The notes beneath the pieces were generated by a model. The model was not told the DNA's origin. It did no database searches and saw only the letters and a program-made list of their open reading frames with translations. A program made the position numbers and the translations under genes. A DNA stretch of 63,041 bases, counting the filler, from Polymyxa betae A26-41 (Eukaryota > Protista > Endomyxa: Phytomyxea): assembly GCA_003693705.1 (NCBI GenBank). It is 4 parts of 4 records of this genome, joined end to end, with 100 filler letters (N's around TTAATTAATTAA, not from the genome) between each part and the next. Parts side by side here need not be neighbours in the genome. Positions count along the whole stretch, not along the records: positions 24,709 to 51,748 come from RBZT01000958.1; 3 more parts are not named here. The stretch is one strand, 5' to 3'. This document shows positions 24,609-37,066 of the stretch, one piece after another; the stretch's first letter is position 1, and every line of letters begins with the position of its first letter.

Positions 24609-24708
24609 NNNNNNNNNNNNNNNNNNNNNNNNNNNNNNNNNNNNNNNNNNNNTTAATTAATTAANNNNNNNNNNNNNNNNNNNNNNNNNNNNNNNNNNNN
24701 NNNNNNNN
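24609..24708. other. Artificial contig-joining spacer
   Basis: N-run + TTAATTAATTAA (stop in six frames) + N-run; same layout at 51749 and 59141. Confidence 0.95.
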
Positions 24709-24954
24709 TTCTCAGTCACGGAGTCCGGACTTGGACTATCCCCTGAACCGTTCTCAGAGTCTCGTGTATGAGATCTAGTATTCGCCATCTAGCTACTCAA
24801 AACGCAGACGCTCACGATTAGAGGTCAGAATCAAAGTGTTTAGTGATCATAAGATCGTCTCGTACTCCAGGGCCGGTCACGTGCTCGGTCCGCACGCGAC
24901 CGCCGGCAGGCCAAGTCACTGGGAGGGCGTACGCATACCGCCAGCATCAACACA

Positions 24955-25650
24955 TTGTTGTATCTTGCAACTTTTACCCGGCCCGATATAGCCCATGCAG
25001 TGCAACAGGTAGCTCAATTCTGCGCAAATCCCGGAAAGAAACACTGGGACGCAATAAAATATAATTATCGTTACCTCAACGGATCAAAATCCTTCGGAAT
25101 TGAATACTGCGGAAACTCACAGTCACTACACGCATATTTCGGGCAGGCCCCAACGAACATTCCGACAGCGGCCATGTTCGCGGATTCCGATTGGGCCAAC
25201 GACCCCGACAAACGAAAATCCGTCGGCGGATATGCATTCATGATGCACGGTGGAGCCGTAGACTACAACTGTAAAAAGTTTACGGACACTCCACTGTCTT
25301 CCACCGTAGCCGAATGGTACGCGGCCTGCGAAGCTGCCAAATCAGGAAAAAGGCTGCGCAATATGCTACAGGAGATCGGTCTACCGATGACATCTCCTCT
25401 GATCATTTTGGAAGATAACCAGGGATGCATTAGCTACGGCAAACGCAGCTTGAACCAGTCCTCCATGAAGCACATTGATCTTAAATATAACTTCTTAAAA
25501 GAGAAATAAAACTAGGTACCCTCGACCTTCAGCGGGTATGCACATCTGACAATATAGCCGACATCTTCACAAAGGCTTTAGCTAAACCCCGTTTCCAGGA
25601 ACTAAGGCAGCGACTGAACATCGTGCCAGTTCCTCGACCTCAGCTATAAA
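24955..25650 (+). mobile_element. Copia/Ty1 pol 3' end (RT C-terminus + RNase H), with a late frameshift/stop
   Basis: LYLATFTRPDIAHAV, FADSDWANDPDKRKSVGGY, LSSTVAEW, ILEDNQGCI, KHIDLKYNFL, then DNIADIFTKAL. Confidence 0.95.
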
Positions 25651-25832
25651 CGGTTTGGTGTTTTAGTGGGTATTGTCCGCACGGACTGAGTCCCACAGTA
25701 CTCAGCAAACAAACTGCGTGAGTCTCCGTAAATGGATTTCACTTTTTTCCGTTACAGCTGCAAATAGAGAGCAAATTCACTTCCTGATCATTTTCCAGTC
25801 CACACTCCTTCAAAGTATGAACTGAGGGGGCG

Positions 25833-26089
25833 TGTTGGAGATAAATTTGCTGGATTCCGGCCATTTCTTCCGCAAGTCCGTACACGGCATGACACGTCAG
25901 CAACTACATCCTCTGTCATGGGAAGCCACGTCAGCAATGGCCATATAAGGAACCGGCCATATATCAAGATTCCAGGATTCTCATCCCGAGTGGAGACGCC
26001 ACGTCAGCACGACAGCCACGGCGTCCGAATCAAGAAACGATTTTAACCGGATGCAACCGGAAATAAAACACTCACTCTCAATTCTCTCA
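25833..26089 (+). mobile_element. Copia 3' LTR
   Basis: Preceded by PPT ACTGAGGGGGCG; TGTTGGAGA...TTCTCTCA; TATA-like TATAAG and AATAAA inside. Confidence 0.75.
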
Positions 26090-26430
26090 TTCAAAGAACG
26101 TGTCTCTCGTTCGTTCTTTATCCATCCAACAAATCCAAATTGGTGATTTTTTTATCATCATCCATATCCATTTTCTAAAAGTCTTGGGAGTAACTCCCCA
26201 GCGACTGGCTCCGACATATTCCGTAGGATATGTTTTCAAAGCAATGTCCATAGAAGATGAATCGGTTGGCATAAACCAATCTGTTCGGCATCCATAAGAA
26301 GGAGCCAGAGATGCAGACATAGTTCAGCTGACAGGCCAAAGTGCGCACGATAGGCCGTATTGAAGGTCTGGGTGCCTGGTTTTCCAGCTTTGATAATAGC
26401 ACTTGCTAAGCGATGAAAGTCTGGTTGCAT
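26090..26430 (-). pseudogene. ISL2EU/PIF-Harbinger-type transposase N-terminus (frameshifted, truncated by the copia LTR)
   Basis: FGLS...HLLWTLL / LKTYPTEYVGASRWGVTPKTFRKWIW resembles the HTH region of stramenopile-type IS5-like transposases. Confidence 0.65.
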
Positions 26431-27248
26431 CTGTTGCTATTTATTGCAAGAGGTAGAAATGCATCAATTGCATGCAGCGCACAACCAAAACTATCAATTT
26501 TACGGAGAAGTATCGTCACATTGCCGACATCGCGCATTTGCGAGAGCCTTATGTTTGGGTTAGGGTTGCGCAGTTGCGCACAAAAACAGTCTGTGGCTCT
26601 ACACCACCCAGAAGATTCACGACATCGGGTGCGGTAAACTAGATTTTAAAAACTGTGAAAAGAGTAAGAATGTGTGCGCAAACTCGCGCATTTCACAGTT
26701 TCTTATGCGCAGTGACCACATCATGTGCGCATTTAGATATCCATCTTGTATCTATCCGATCACAATTCAGTTTCGTTTACTGTTTGGAACAGATTTCGCG
26801 TTTCTTAATGCGCACAATCGTGTCTTGTTGCGCCAAATGTCAGGGTTTTTGCGCAGCTGTGACGCGACAATGATTATATTCAACCCATTTTCTAAAAAAT
26901 ACATTACCGCAACAACAAAAGGTGCCGTAGCTGAATTCTGCGAAATGGACTATGAGTACAGTGTAGACGGGTAGTGCACGGTAGCTCTCAGTCCGGTAGC
27001 GTAAGTGTTGATGTCCCACGTGTTCTGATGTACAGTCACCGTATGTAATGACGCATGCGGCGACTCTTCGTAAGTCGCGCTAAGTTGCCAACGCAATCAT
27101 GTGCTGCCAGGATCGACTGACAGGTGCTTTTCAGAGTTCATGTTATGTTTTGCATGTGCGCGTTCCAATTGGAGAGATATGGGTTAGGCTTGCTCATTCG
27201 TTAATGAGCTCGGAAGAGGTACAATGACTGAAACCGCCCATCAGCTCG

Positions 27249-28099
27249 GTGCCGCCGCGTTCACTGATGATGACTTCCTGCTCCTTTCCAAGATTTGCTC
27301 TCGCTGATTATCCTGGCAAACAACTCTCTCCTGCGCAATTGATTCACGAGTCCATTACGGATCCTGATACCAACGAAGTTCTTGAGCAATCGCCCTTTGG
27401 TAAGTTTAAGACAAATACACTGAGTTCTAAATTGCGCACATATTACAATGCAAAGGCTAAGCTGGCGGCCCTACTCTCCAAAGCTGGTAACGTAACATAA
27501 AAGTGCGATAATATGGATTTCTAAATTGTCGATATCCGGATTAGGATCAATAGAGACATCCCAGCAGGGGTTTCCAGAGCCACCAAAAAATCTGCTCGTT
27601 GGGTCTTTGAAACGGCAAGCGACAGAGCCGTTGACCCCAACGTCAAGGCCCAGCTTGCAGTCTGTGCGCTCCACGCCAAAAACTACGAATAACATTGCGT
27701 GAATGTCAATCGGGTTACATGAGCAATCAACATATTTCGACAGTTTTACGGTTTACCGGTCGCGACAAAGTCCTGATAATTTTTAAAATGATAGCTAGCA
27801 CTTCTACTACAGTGAAGGCGAGCAATGACGGCATCCGCGTTCTTTTCACAATACGCGATAAGATTTCGGATGCTCACGAGCTTATACTTGCATCGAAAAT
27901 CTCTGAGACAGAAGCGCTGCGGAAATTATTTCGGGACCAAGAGCGGAAGGTGCTGAACTATGAAGTTGAACTATCGAATCCCGTTAAAACAAGCGTCGAA
28001 AAGAGGGTCGTTTATAGCGATGCTCAGAAGCCAGTGCGCTTGATGGTCACGCTGACTGTTAGGGAGGACGAGGAAAGCGATGACGCATTGTCTTCATAG
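27249..28099 (+). CDS. Hypothetical protein, probable accessory ORF of the adjacent DNA transposon
   Basis: Protein-like ORFs 27249-27500 and 27695-28099 separated by a likely intron; divergent from the transposase; AATAAA downstream. Confidence 0.4.
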
Positions 28100-28454
28100 C
28101 TCTGCTACATATAGGACATTTTGATGTTTCAAATAAAAATCAAATAATAAAACAAATTTACGCTGCTTTCCAGCATTTACCGCGGCTTCCGGGGTTATCG
28201 CCTCCACGGAGTGCGACTGGGAGGTCCTGAGAAATTAAGAATAATGGTTAGCCCATGTTTTATTTCTCGTGGGAGGGTTAAAACGGGCGTGGATCTGGTT
28301 GGTGTACGTTCGAACGAACTTTTTAAGGTTGTACTGGTACAAGAGCGCAGCGAGGCTAGAGATAAATTTGAAGAACTCAATGCTGTCGTGGTTTACTGCA
28401 GCTCAGGCTGCTTATAAAGAACGCAGTATTATGGGGACATCAAAATCAGTGAAA

Positions 28455-30298
28455 CTAAGTGAGCTTTTGATCATTAACTTGATCAATACTGTTCACGCCT
28501 AGATCATAAGTTTGTACATCACATCCATAAGCCGTATTCGTCAACTTGAATACTTGATGAAGATAAAGATCCAAATGTGGAATGTCTTCATGGGGTAGAT
28601 CCATGAAATATGCATCTAAGCAAGAGTATAAGACAATAAAATGCAAGTCACGTAAAAACGCATTCGCCTACAAACACAACGTAGAACAGCTCGATGACCG
28701 ACGACGACGACCGGGGTTGTAGTCTTCTCTAACTCAAATATAACAGGTTCTAAACGCTGGATAACGTCTAGATACGATTCTCCTCTGAGGTAGATCAATG
28801 AGCACTGCATTTCAGGGTACATATAAAAATATACCTTGGATACCGGTACCGTAATTTATCTTGCTTTCGAGCCTGAAACTCCTCTGGCATTAATCTTTTG
28901 AAATCTGCAGTTGTCATTCCGTCGCACGATCCTACTTCTATCTCACATAATGCTCTCCATTGCTGAGCTTGGGCTCCTATATGACAATAAAATCAATGTT
29001 TAATTGTCATACGTATTTAAGCAGAAACCTTTGATATAAGACACCGTTTCGATCGTTCTTTTTAATGTGCTACACCAAACTGTTAAAGGCCCCTAAATCG
29101 TTATGTCAAATTACAGCGAGTAACTATTTCCGCGATGAAGTATTACAAAATCATTTTTATCTTGTTCATTTTCTAAAAATAAGGCCAAATGCTGAGCATA
29201 AATCTTGCCTTGATCACTCAATTCCGAATCACCTCCGATTTTACCTAGTCGGTGGTTAGGTAAAAGACATCCATTATACGATAACGGCCAACAAACCTTC
29301 GATGTTAAATCGAGATTCGCCATGACGCGACAGGTAAATTGGAGCAGTATTAATCCTGAGACCCAGCTAAAAGAATTGCAAAATTATGTTACGGCTTAAA
29401 TACCTAACATGAAGTAAGAAATAAACAATCCTGGAACATATAATGCCATCGATACGAAATACGACCATCTTACGTCCAGTATCTATAACTTTTATATATC
29501 GATCACCTTCTTCATCAGTTATAGTGGCGTAGCTACGTTCATAATTAGCGATTCGAGCTCGAAAATCTCGATATGCTTTTGAAAGAATAAATAGAAAGGT
29601 AATAGATCAGTACGAGTGATTACCTGTATCCGGATCTATACCAGCATAATCTGGTGAATTTAGCTTATTTCTTTTGATATTTTCTTCGAGCAGATTCTCA
29701 TCATTACATATACTTTCAATCCAGACTAGCTTAAAATCGATGCCAGTCCTGGAATGTGCTTGGGTCAGCTAATTATTGATCAATATGGATAATGAAAGTA
29801 AATGACTTAAGCTTACAGTTTCCTTGACCATGCGACGTCGCTCAAGAGTGCTATTAGTTCCATCGTAGATAGCGACACGACCATGGTTTGTAACGACCCA
29901 ATCAATCATAGCATTCATTGCTTGAATAGCACATTGACGACGTGCGGAGACTCCTTCTTGATTATTTGAATCAAAGAAATCGGCTCCAACCTGTGCTCCA
30001 ACCTGCACAACCACAATATCATTACTTACAAATTTCACGCCTGCATCACAAAAATACTTGACTACGACGGTATTCGCCGATATTGAATGATTTCGTATTG
30101 AACCCTATCCATCTAAGATATCTTTCCAGTTTATGAGCCAGGTATGTCTTGCCACGTGCTGGAAGACCAATCATACATAGTACGAGACATTCATCAACTA
30201 GCCCACAAAGGTTATGTTTGAAACTTGATGATGGGATGGAGTACAATACCTGATTTCTCTCTCTCTATGATGCCAGAGCATGATTGAGTTCTATGCAT
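28455..30298 (-). CDS. PFKFB: 6-phosphofructo-2-kinase / fructose-2,6-bisphosphatase
   Basis: P-loop [79 protein letters not shown]; short GT-AG introns; first exon [16 protein letters not shown]. Confidence 0.95.
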
Positions 30299-30506
30299 AG
30301 TGAAGAAGTAGATAGAGAGATGTAATAAATAGGAGTATGATATGATGTATGAGATAAGAGACCACTATTAACCACAAGCACTATTTTAACAACAAACATT
30401 AAACAGGGGGATGAGCAGGAGGGGTTGCAGCAGCCCTTACCAGTAAACACCTTAGATCTATCTGCTCATATAAATAACATCTATCTTATATCAGACATCA
30501 ATCATC

Positions 30507-31907
30507 ATGTCAATAGATGAATTTCTTCATATACTTTCCAATGGGCAATTATTGACATCATATCAATGTCTGCATCTATGCTGTAAGGTATATATATCTA
30601 TTCAATCGGCCATTATGAGTCTCAACTATATCCACATACAGGCTATAGAGATATTCATCAATGAACCCAATGTTCATCGTATTCAAACACCGATCTCTGT
30701 GGTAATGTCCATCATATCCTACTCATGTTCACATATTAATATTAAATTCCAAGGTGGGAGATATTCATGGGTTGGTATCTTCTCTGCATAGAATTCGTTT
30801 TAATGATTGTCTGCTATTTTGCTTTCAGGCAACTACATGATCTACTCGAACTGTTTCGAGTGTCTGGGCAGGTCCCTGATACTAGTTATTTATTTCTAGG
30901 GGATTATGTTGATCGAGGTCTGAATTTACGATCATATTGATAAACATGTGTATGAAATGTTTGATATTAATGTTTAGGTCAATATTCAGTTCCAACTATA
31001 TGTCTATTATCATGTTTGAAAATTCGATACCCAGATCGTGTAACACTACTTCGTGGTAATCATGAATGTCGACAGATAACTCAGGTTAACTATGACAGAA
31101 TATACTGGAGATGTTTCATACTAATATATGATATTATTACTTATAGGTATATGGATTCTATAGTGAATGCTGTATGAGATATGGACAAGAACAAGGAACT
31201 GCTGTATGGAAATCATTCACAGATATGTTTGACTATCTACCTATTGCTGCCACTATAGATGGCAATATATTCTGTACACATGGAGGATTATCTCCAACAT
31301 TACCTACTCTGCATCAGATACAATCTATACAAAGATTTCAAGAAATACCTGCTGAAGGGCCTTTAGCCGATCTTATGTGGTAATATCTCATCTTAATGTA
31401 GCTGGAAGAAACTGTTATGAGAACAAGAATTCCAGGTCGGATCCAGATAATCGATTGGCAGGATTTCGTATCTCATCTCGTGGTGCTGGTTACTTATTTG
31501 GTGAAGATGTATTTGATAAGTTCATGCATAGCAATAATTTTGAGGTCTAACATAACTGATTTGATACTGGAGTCTTAACCTGATTTCAGTATATGATTCG
31601 AGCTCATCAGCTCTGTATGGAAGGATATCAACAACTATTTCGTGATAGATTTGCTACTGTCTGGAGTGCCCCAAACTGTATCACAATTCTATTCTCCTTG
31701 CAGTAGTAATAATACTGATATCTGACAGATTGCTTTCGCGCTGGAAATAAGGCCTCGGTCCTTCAGATTGGATCGGATCACAGTCAGAAGTTCCTCGTTT
31801 TTTATGCCTGTCCAACTGAGAGACAAATACAAATTCAGCATTCATTCAATGATAATGGAGATGGTCATGATCATGAATTACGAATAAATCCCGATTATTT
31901 CTTATAA
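30507..31907 (+). CDS. PPG1: PPP-family Ser/Thr phosphatase of the PP2A/PP4/PP6 group, most like PPG1
   Basis: [42 protein letters not shown] and C-terminal DYFL; [14 protein letters not shown] and RAHQLC recall fungal Ppg1 (subfamily call is less sure than the family call). Confidence 0.85.
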
Positions 31908-31970
31908 ATTTAGTTGCGGAGACAGTATCTGTATATCTGTAGAATCATATCATTAGTGTCATAGGTTGTT

Positions 31971-33226
31971 ATGGGAGTATTATCTAATATAGAGGATTAT
32001 ATAGTCTGTCTGGGACATATTCATCAACTTCCAGATAGATTACGTCCTATCAAATCCAAACATTCAGGTTAGCATTCACATTGAATTCTACTTTGGCACC
32101 CAACTAAACCTTCCAGTTGCTTTCTTTTCTGATCTCATCTATCAAGATCAATTAATTGCTCGTATGCTTCATAAACCAGAACAGTCGTCCTTCCAACTAC
32201 TCCAACATATTTGTCAAGATCCACTTATTACTGTCAAGATAATTATTGTAGCTCTTGATCTTCGAACTCCAACTGTCATTCCAAAAGTTTTGAGTGAGAA
32301 CGCCGATTATATCAATGAATTCAGACAAGAAGCCAAATTTGAAACCACCGAAGGTAATATCTCAACGAGTTTCTAAATATGCTATGTTAAGTAACTTTTC
32401 ATACAAAGTTATCTTATTGGCCTGCAATTGTAATCATTTCCTCGATCATGTCACTGGATATGGCGCTGATGTTATGGCGGTTTGAACATTACAATTTTTT
32501 GTATAACTATTCTGAATTCTTCGTAATTCAGGGAGCTCTGAGGCGTCAGGCGTTAAAGCTTAACGCTTCGCTTTATTATTCGGAGGGTTTCCATGATTAT
32601 GAATCTGTAATTTACTACATTACCCGAACTATACGTCCAAATCTATCTCACGTTCGGTTAGATAGCTGCCTCAGCTCGATCATCATTGAAATCTAAACTT
32701 AATCTATTGTATGCAGCTCTAATGTTCGGCAACCAACCTTATCTGATTCATATTTAATAATCCCAGCTGGATTAGATAGTGAGGAACTGATTTCAAAGAT
32801 GACGACTCCAGAAACGAAATTTCAAGAGCTGTTCCCAGATGCTATTGAAGAATGTCGTCCTGAGACTGATCGGGTCATTGCTATTAATGATGATGAGTTT
32901 ATCAAACTTGTGAGAATCAGTCTGGAGAAATTCGAGACTGAAAGCGATACTCGAACTCCAGTCTCAAATCGGGCTACCTCAAATGATTCGGTAATCAATC
33001 ATGTATTAGTATATTGATGCATGGTTTATAATTACTCTATAATGTCCAGATAATATATCAGAGTCCATCTATCAGCAATACACCTTCAACTCCGTCAACT
33101 ACAAGTCAGATTGCTGTCAAATGCTTCTTTGAATCGCTTCTATCACCTCGTTCAAAAGATGAACGAATGGATCATTGCACAATTCAAAGAAATGCACAAG
33201 AAGCATTACACGATATGAATAAATAA
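31971..33226 (+). CDS. DYNC1LI: Divergent cytoplasmic dynein-1 light intermediate chain
   Basis: IIIVALDLRTP, IQGALRRQALKLNASLYYS, LIIPAGLDSEELI, NDDEFI, and C-terminal KCFFESLLS matching the DLIC adaptor-binding FFxSLL helix. Confidence 0.7.
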
Positions 33227-33244
33227 TTTATAAATAATTACATT

Positions 33245-33761
33245 CTAAAGGGATGCTTTATAAACGGATGATAAAGATGCAGGCAACTTTCCAGCGACAA
33301 TCAAGTTAGTTACATCCGAATCATGAACGTAAAAATTGGAATTCGTTGGTATATGCATGAAGCTGGAAAATAAGGCCTTAGTAGGAGAAAGTTCATTGAT
33401 ATGAACAGCAAGACGAACTGGACGACCAAGTAAATTTAACGTCTCAATTGTTAAACGATCAGAATCAGGTGCGTGATATAAAGCAGTGACATATCGACGA
33501 GATACAGAGTGACATATATAAGTTGTTCCTAATGAGAATCCAGCAATAATACCAGCCAGTGATATTAACACCTGAATGAAGGGGATAATGAGCACATCAT
33601 ATGACATATATATATAAAGTATATACAGGGGTTGGGGCGGCACTATCTGCTGCCAACATCAATGGACAGGTTAATGTCGTCAGTCCTGCTGAACATAATG
33701 ATAATAGCTTTACTTGACGTACTGCATGACGTAAACGTCCTACATATGCAGGACTAGACAT
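33245..33761 (-). CDS. TMEM70: TMEM70-family mitochondrial membrane protein
   Basis: YVGRLRHAVRQVKLLSLCS, two hydrophobic helices, then H...RRYVTALY...LTIETLNLLG; one intron. Confidence 0.7.
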
Positions 33762-33814
33762 GAGCAGAGCCAGTACGACAGGCCAAGAGATTGGTTTAGC
33801 GAGTAACCCCTTGA

Positions 33815-36726
33815 TTACTCCGCCTTGTTAACTTTGGACTTTAATATCCATTTCTTATGGGATCCCTTCTTCTTCAATACAGCAATATGTTTCAAGACGT
33901 GCTTGAAGATGAACTGATCCGACATATTCTTGATACGATCTTGAAATTCATTAATCAACTTGTCAGATCGAACTCCATTTTCATGTTGCTCTAAGAAGGC
34001 GGTCAACTCATTCAACAAAGCAACAGCTTTAGGATCAGCAGGACCCAATGATGGAGGAGCATCGGATTGTCGTTGACGAATTTCATTGAGAAGATGGTCT
34101 GATGATGAAGTTGGTTGTGATGAAGAACCCAGCCATGATACTACTTTATCAACACGATCTAATGCCAGGCCAGCATTCCCATTCTTTCCAGTCCATGTTG
34201 GTACACCAATACGAGATCTCGAAGATTCCATCTGACTTGAACGTAATGATTGAATGGCATTGAATGTGATCTGAGCTGTGTGCTCTTGAAGCTTGGCAGC
34301 AGATTGTGATGCAACAAGTTTATCATGTGAGAAGACACTTGTTAGATCTGCATTATCAAATAAACAGCGAAGAAGTTGGGAAGTTCCCGATACAGAGCAG
34401 GATTCAGTATCTGTAGATGTAACTTGAGCTTGTTGAACAGAATGAAAGATATCGGCTGTCTCAGTGATATCACCATCATCATCAACATATGAGAATAGAT
34501 CCTTTAGATCAGAATTACTGAAGAAGCGCTGCTGAACAGGATCTTCCAATATCTTATTGGTAAGAAGCTGCTTGAATATCTGTCGATGATAAACCTTCTC
34601 TTCAATAGTACCTCGTGTTACTAATCTTAATACATTTACATCACGTGTCTGACCAATTCTATAAGCACGTTCTTGTGCTTGTTCATCTGTAGCTGGATTC
34701 CAATCTGGATCATAAACAAGCACACCTATACAGCCTAAGATCAATATTCCTGCAACCAACATCACAATATAAATAATCATTACGATCTGCTCCAGTTAGA
34801 TTTAAACCGAATCCACCAGCACGTGTCGTTAATAAAAGAACAAATATGTTATGATCTTGATTAAATTCATCAAAGATTGCCTGTCTTGATCTTACAGCAG
34901 TACTACCATCAACACGACGATATTCATAGCGATTATCACGAACCATCTTCTCAATAATATCCAAGCATTGACGTGTCTGCGAGAAGAGTAAAACTCGATG
35001 TGATTCTTGATTCCATATAGACAGGATCTGTTCAGCAACTTTCAGCTTGCCAGAACGAGAAACAGTTCCATAATCAGCTGGTTGATCTTGTACATTATTA
35101 TGAACATTTAGTAGATCGGGATGATTACAGATTTTCCTTAGGATAGAAATAGCTTGAAATAACCTTAAATCATTACTATTACGAACTGAACAATAAAGTT
35201 AATACAATTAAATGGTACATAACAACAGATTGAATTACATCGATTAACATCAAGTTCAGCCAATGCCAGTTTATATGCAGATTTCTGTTCTGATGTTAAA
35301 GAACAGAACAGAATCTGTTCTGTCTTTTGTGGTAAATACTTCAATACATCTGATTTAAGACGTCGTAGAATATGTGGTGTAATCATATCTCGTAATAATA
35401 CAGCACGTTGATAAGCATGCTGAACTTGATTTTTAGATGCTTGAATATATCCACCTTTAATAATAGGATCACAGAACTCCTCCTCAAATACAGGTAATGT
35501 CCCTAATTTACCAGGAAATACAAAATCAAATAGGGACCAAAGCTCTCGAAGATGATTCTGAATTGGTGAACCTGTGAGAATAATACGATGTGGTGTTCGA
35601 ACACGTTTAACGAGTAATGTGATCTAAAGAGAATGCATTTAGTTATGAATTGAACAAGTCTACAATATTCAATATATAATACCGCTGCATCTGGATTACG
35701 AATACGATGTCCTAAAATAAAATATATTCAATAAATGGAACAAGTTGAGATATAAAGTTGACCTTCATCAAGTATAACATAACCCCATTTATGAGGTATT
35801 ATAATATCATGATGCTTTCGTAAACTCTCATATGTTGTTATAACAGTACTGCAGATACCACCATTAAATGCCTTACTAATCAATTTCTTAGCAGAGCACA
35901 TATGATTACCAGAATCATGTAATAACATAATACGAGATAAAGGCCACCAATTACGAAATTCAGACAGCCATTGTCCCATAATACTTGCTGGACATAATAT
36001 TAAACTTGGACCAATATTCGATTGACTATTAGCTAATGTTGATAGAAATGAGATAATAGTGATAGTCTTTCCTAATCCCATAGCATCACCAACAATACCA
36101 CCAACAGATAGTTTATGAAGTTCCCACAGCCATTTAAGACCTTGTTTCTGATAATAAAATAGACGATCATATATACGTCCAGGTACAATAAATCCATGAT
36201 CTAATTCTGCATCTTCATCAATATCATTATATGGTAATATTCCTTGTAATCGTTGCTCATATTCATAATCGTCAGCATCATCAACAACGCGTTCAAGTCG
36301 CTTCTTCTTTCTCAAACGAGCATCATCTTCGTCATATTCAATTGTGATCTCCTTTTTACTAGATTGAGCTACAACTCTTTTAACAGATAGTTTGATATCA
36401 TTTTCATGAGAGAAGATCCCTTTAGGTATTGACTCAGGTTTAGACTCTCCAGCCTCAAGAGAAACAATTTCTTTCTCAATCTTCTTAATATCACCGGTGC
36501 TTTTGCCAGATTTAATATCAGCGATTTCCTTCCTGAGTAACGAGATCCGATATTGGAGACGTTTCGCTTCGCGAGCAGATCGCTGATTTTCGAGTTCATT
36601 TTGTGAGTTAAGCTCAAGATCAGCAGCATTATATACAGTGACTCCAAGCCGTTGAAGTGAATTTAACGCTGGTCCAGAGAACGACTGATCCAGTTGATCT
36701 TGCGGTTCAGATACATTGGACGTCAT
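33815..36726 (-). CDS. ERCC6: Cockayne syndrome B / Rad26 SNF2-family ATPase
   Basis: [103 protein letters not shown]-type GVPTWTG and C-terminal winged helix. Confidence 0.93.
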
Positions 36727-37066
36727 GTACAATATGATCTGCAAATCTCTGCTTCAAAATATCATGAAATTGGGAACAATTCCGTCACACAGCGCATTAA
36801 AATCAGAATAATGACAGAAGCTGTTTACTGGTGTCTGTATATTTCTGAAATTCCATCTTCAAAGTAAATCGAATTCAGTTCCCAACAAACAAGCTATGTA
36901 ACTGGATCGTCATTTCGATCTGTAACAATCTGAAGGTGGAAAATCAATCTGCAATCATAGAGCGACTTTTATTGAGAATGGATTATCACACCGAAAAGTC
37001 AGGCTCATGCAGAAAGGACATAACTGTAATGCGAACTGATGGAAGAATGTTTTATGATAAATTTAA

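Noticed and set aside
24609-24708. TTAATTAATTAA palindrome repeated three times within N-runs
   Set aside because: Synthetic six-frame-stop spacer for concatenating contigs; it also means features on either side are not neighbours
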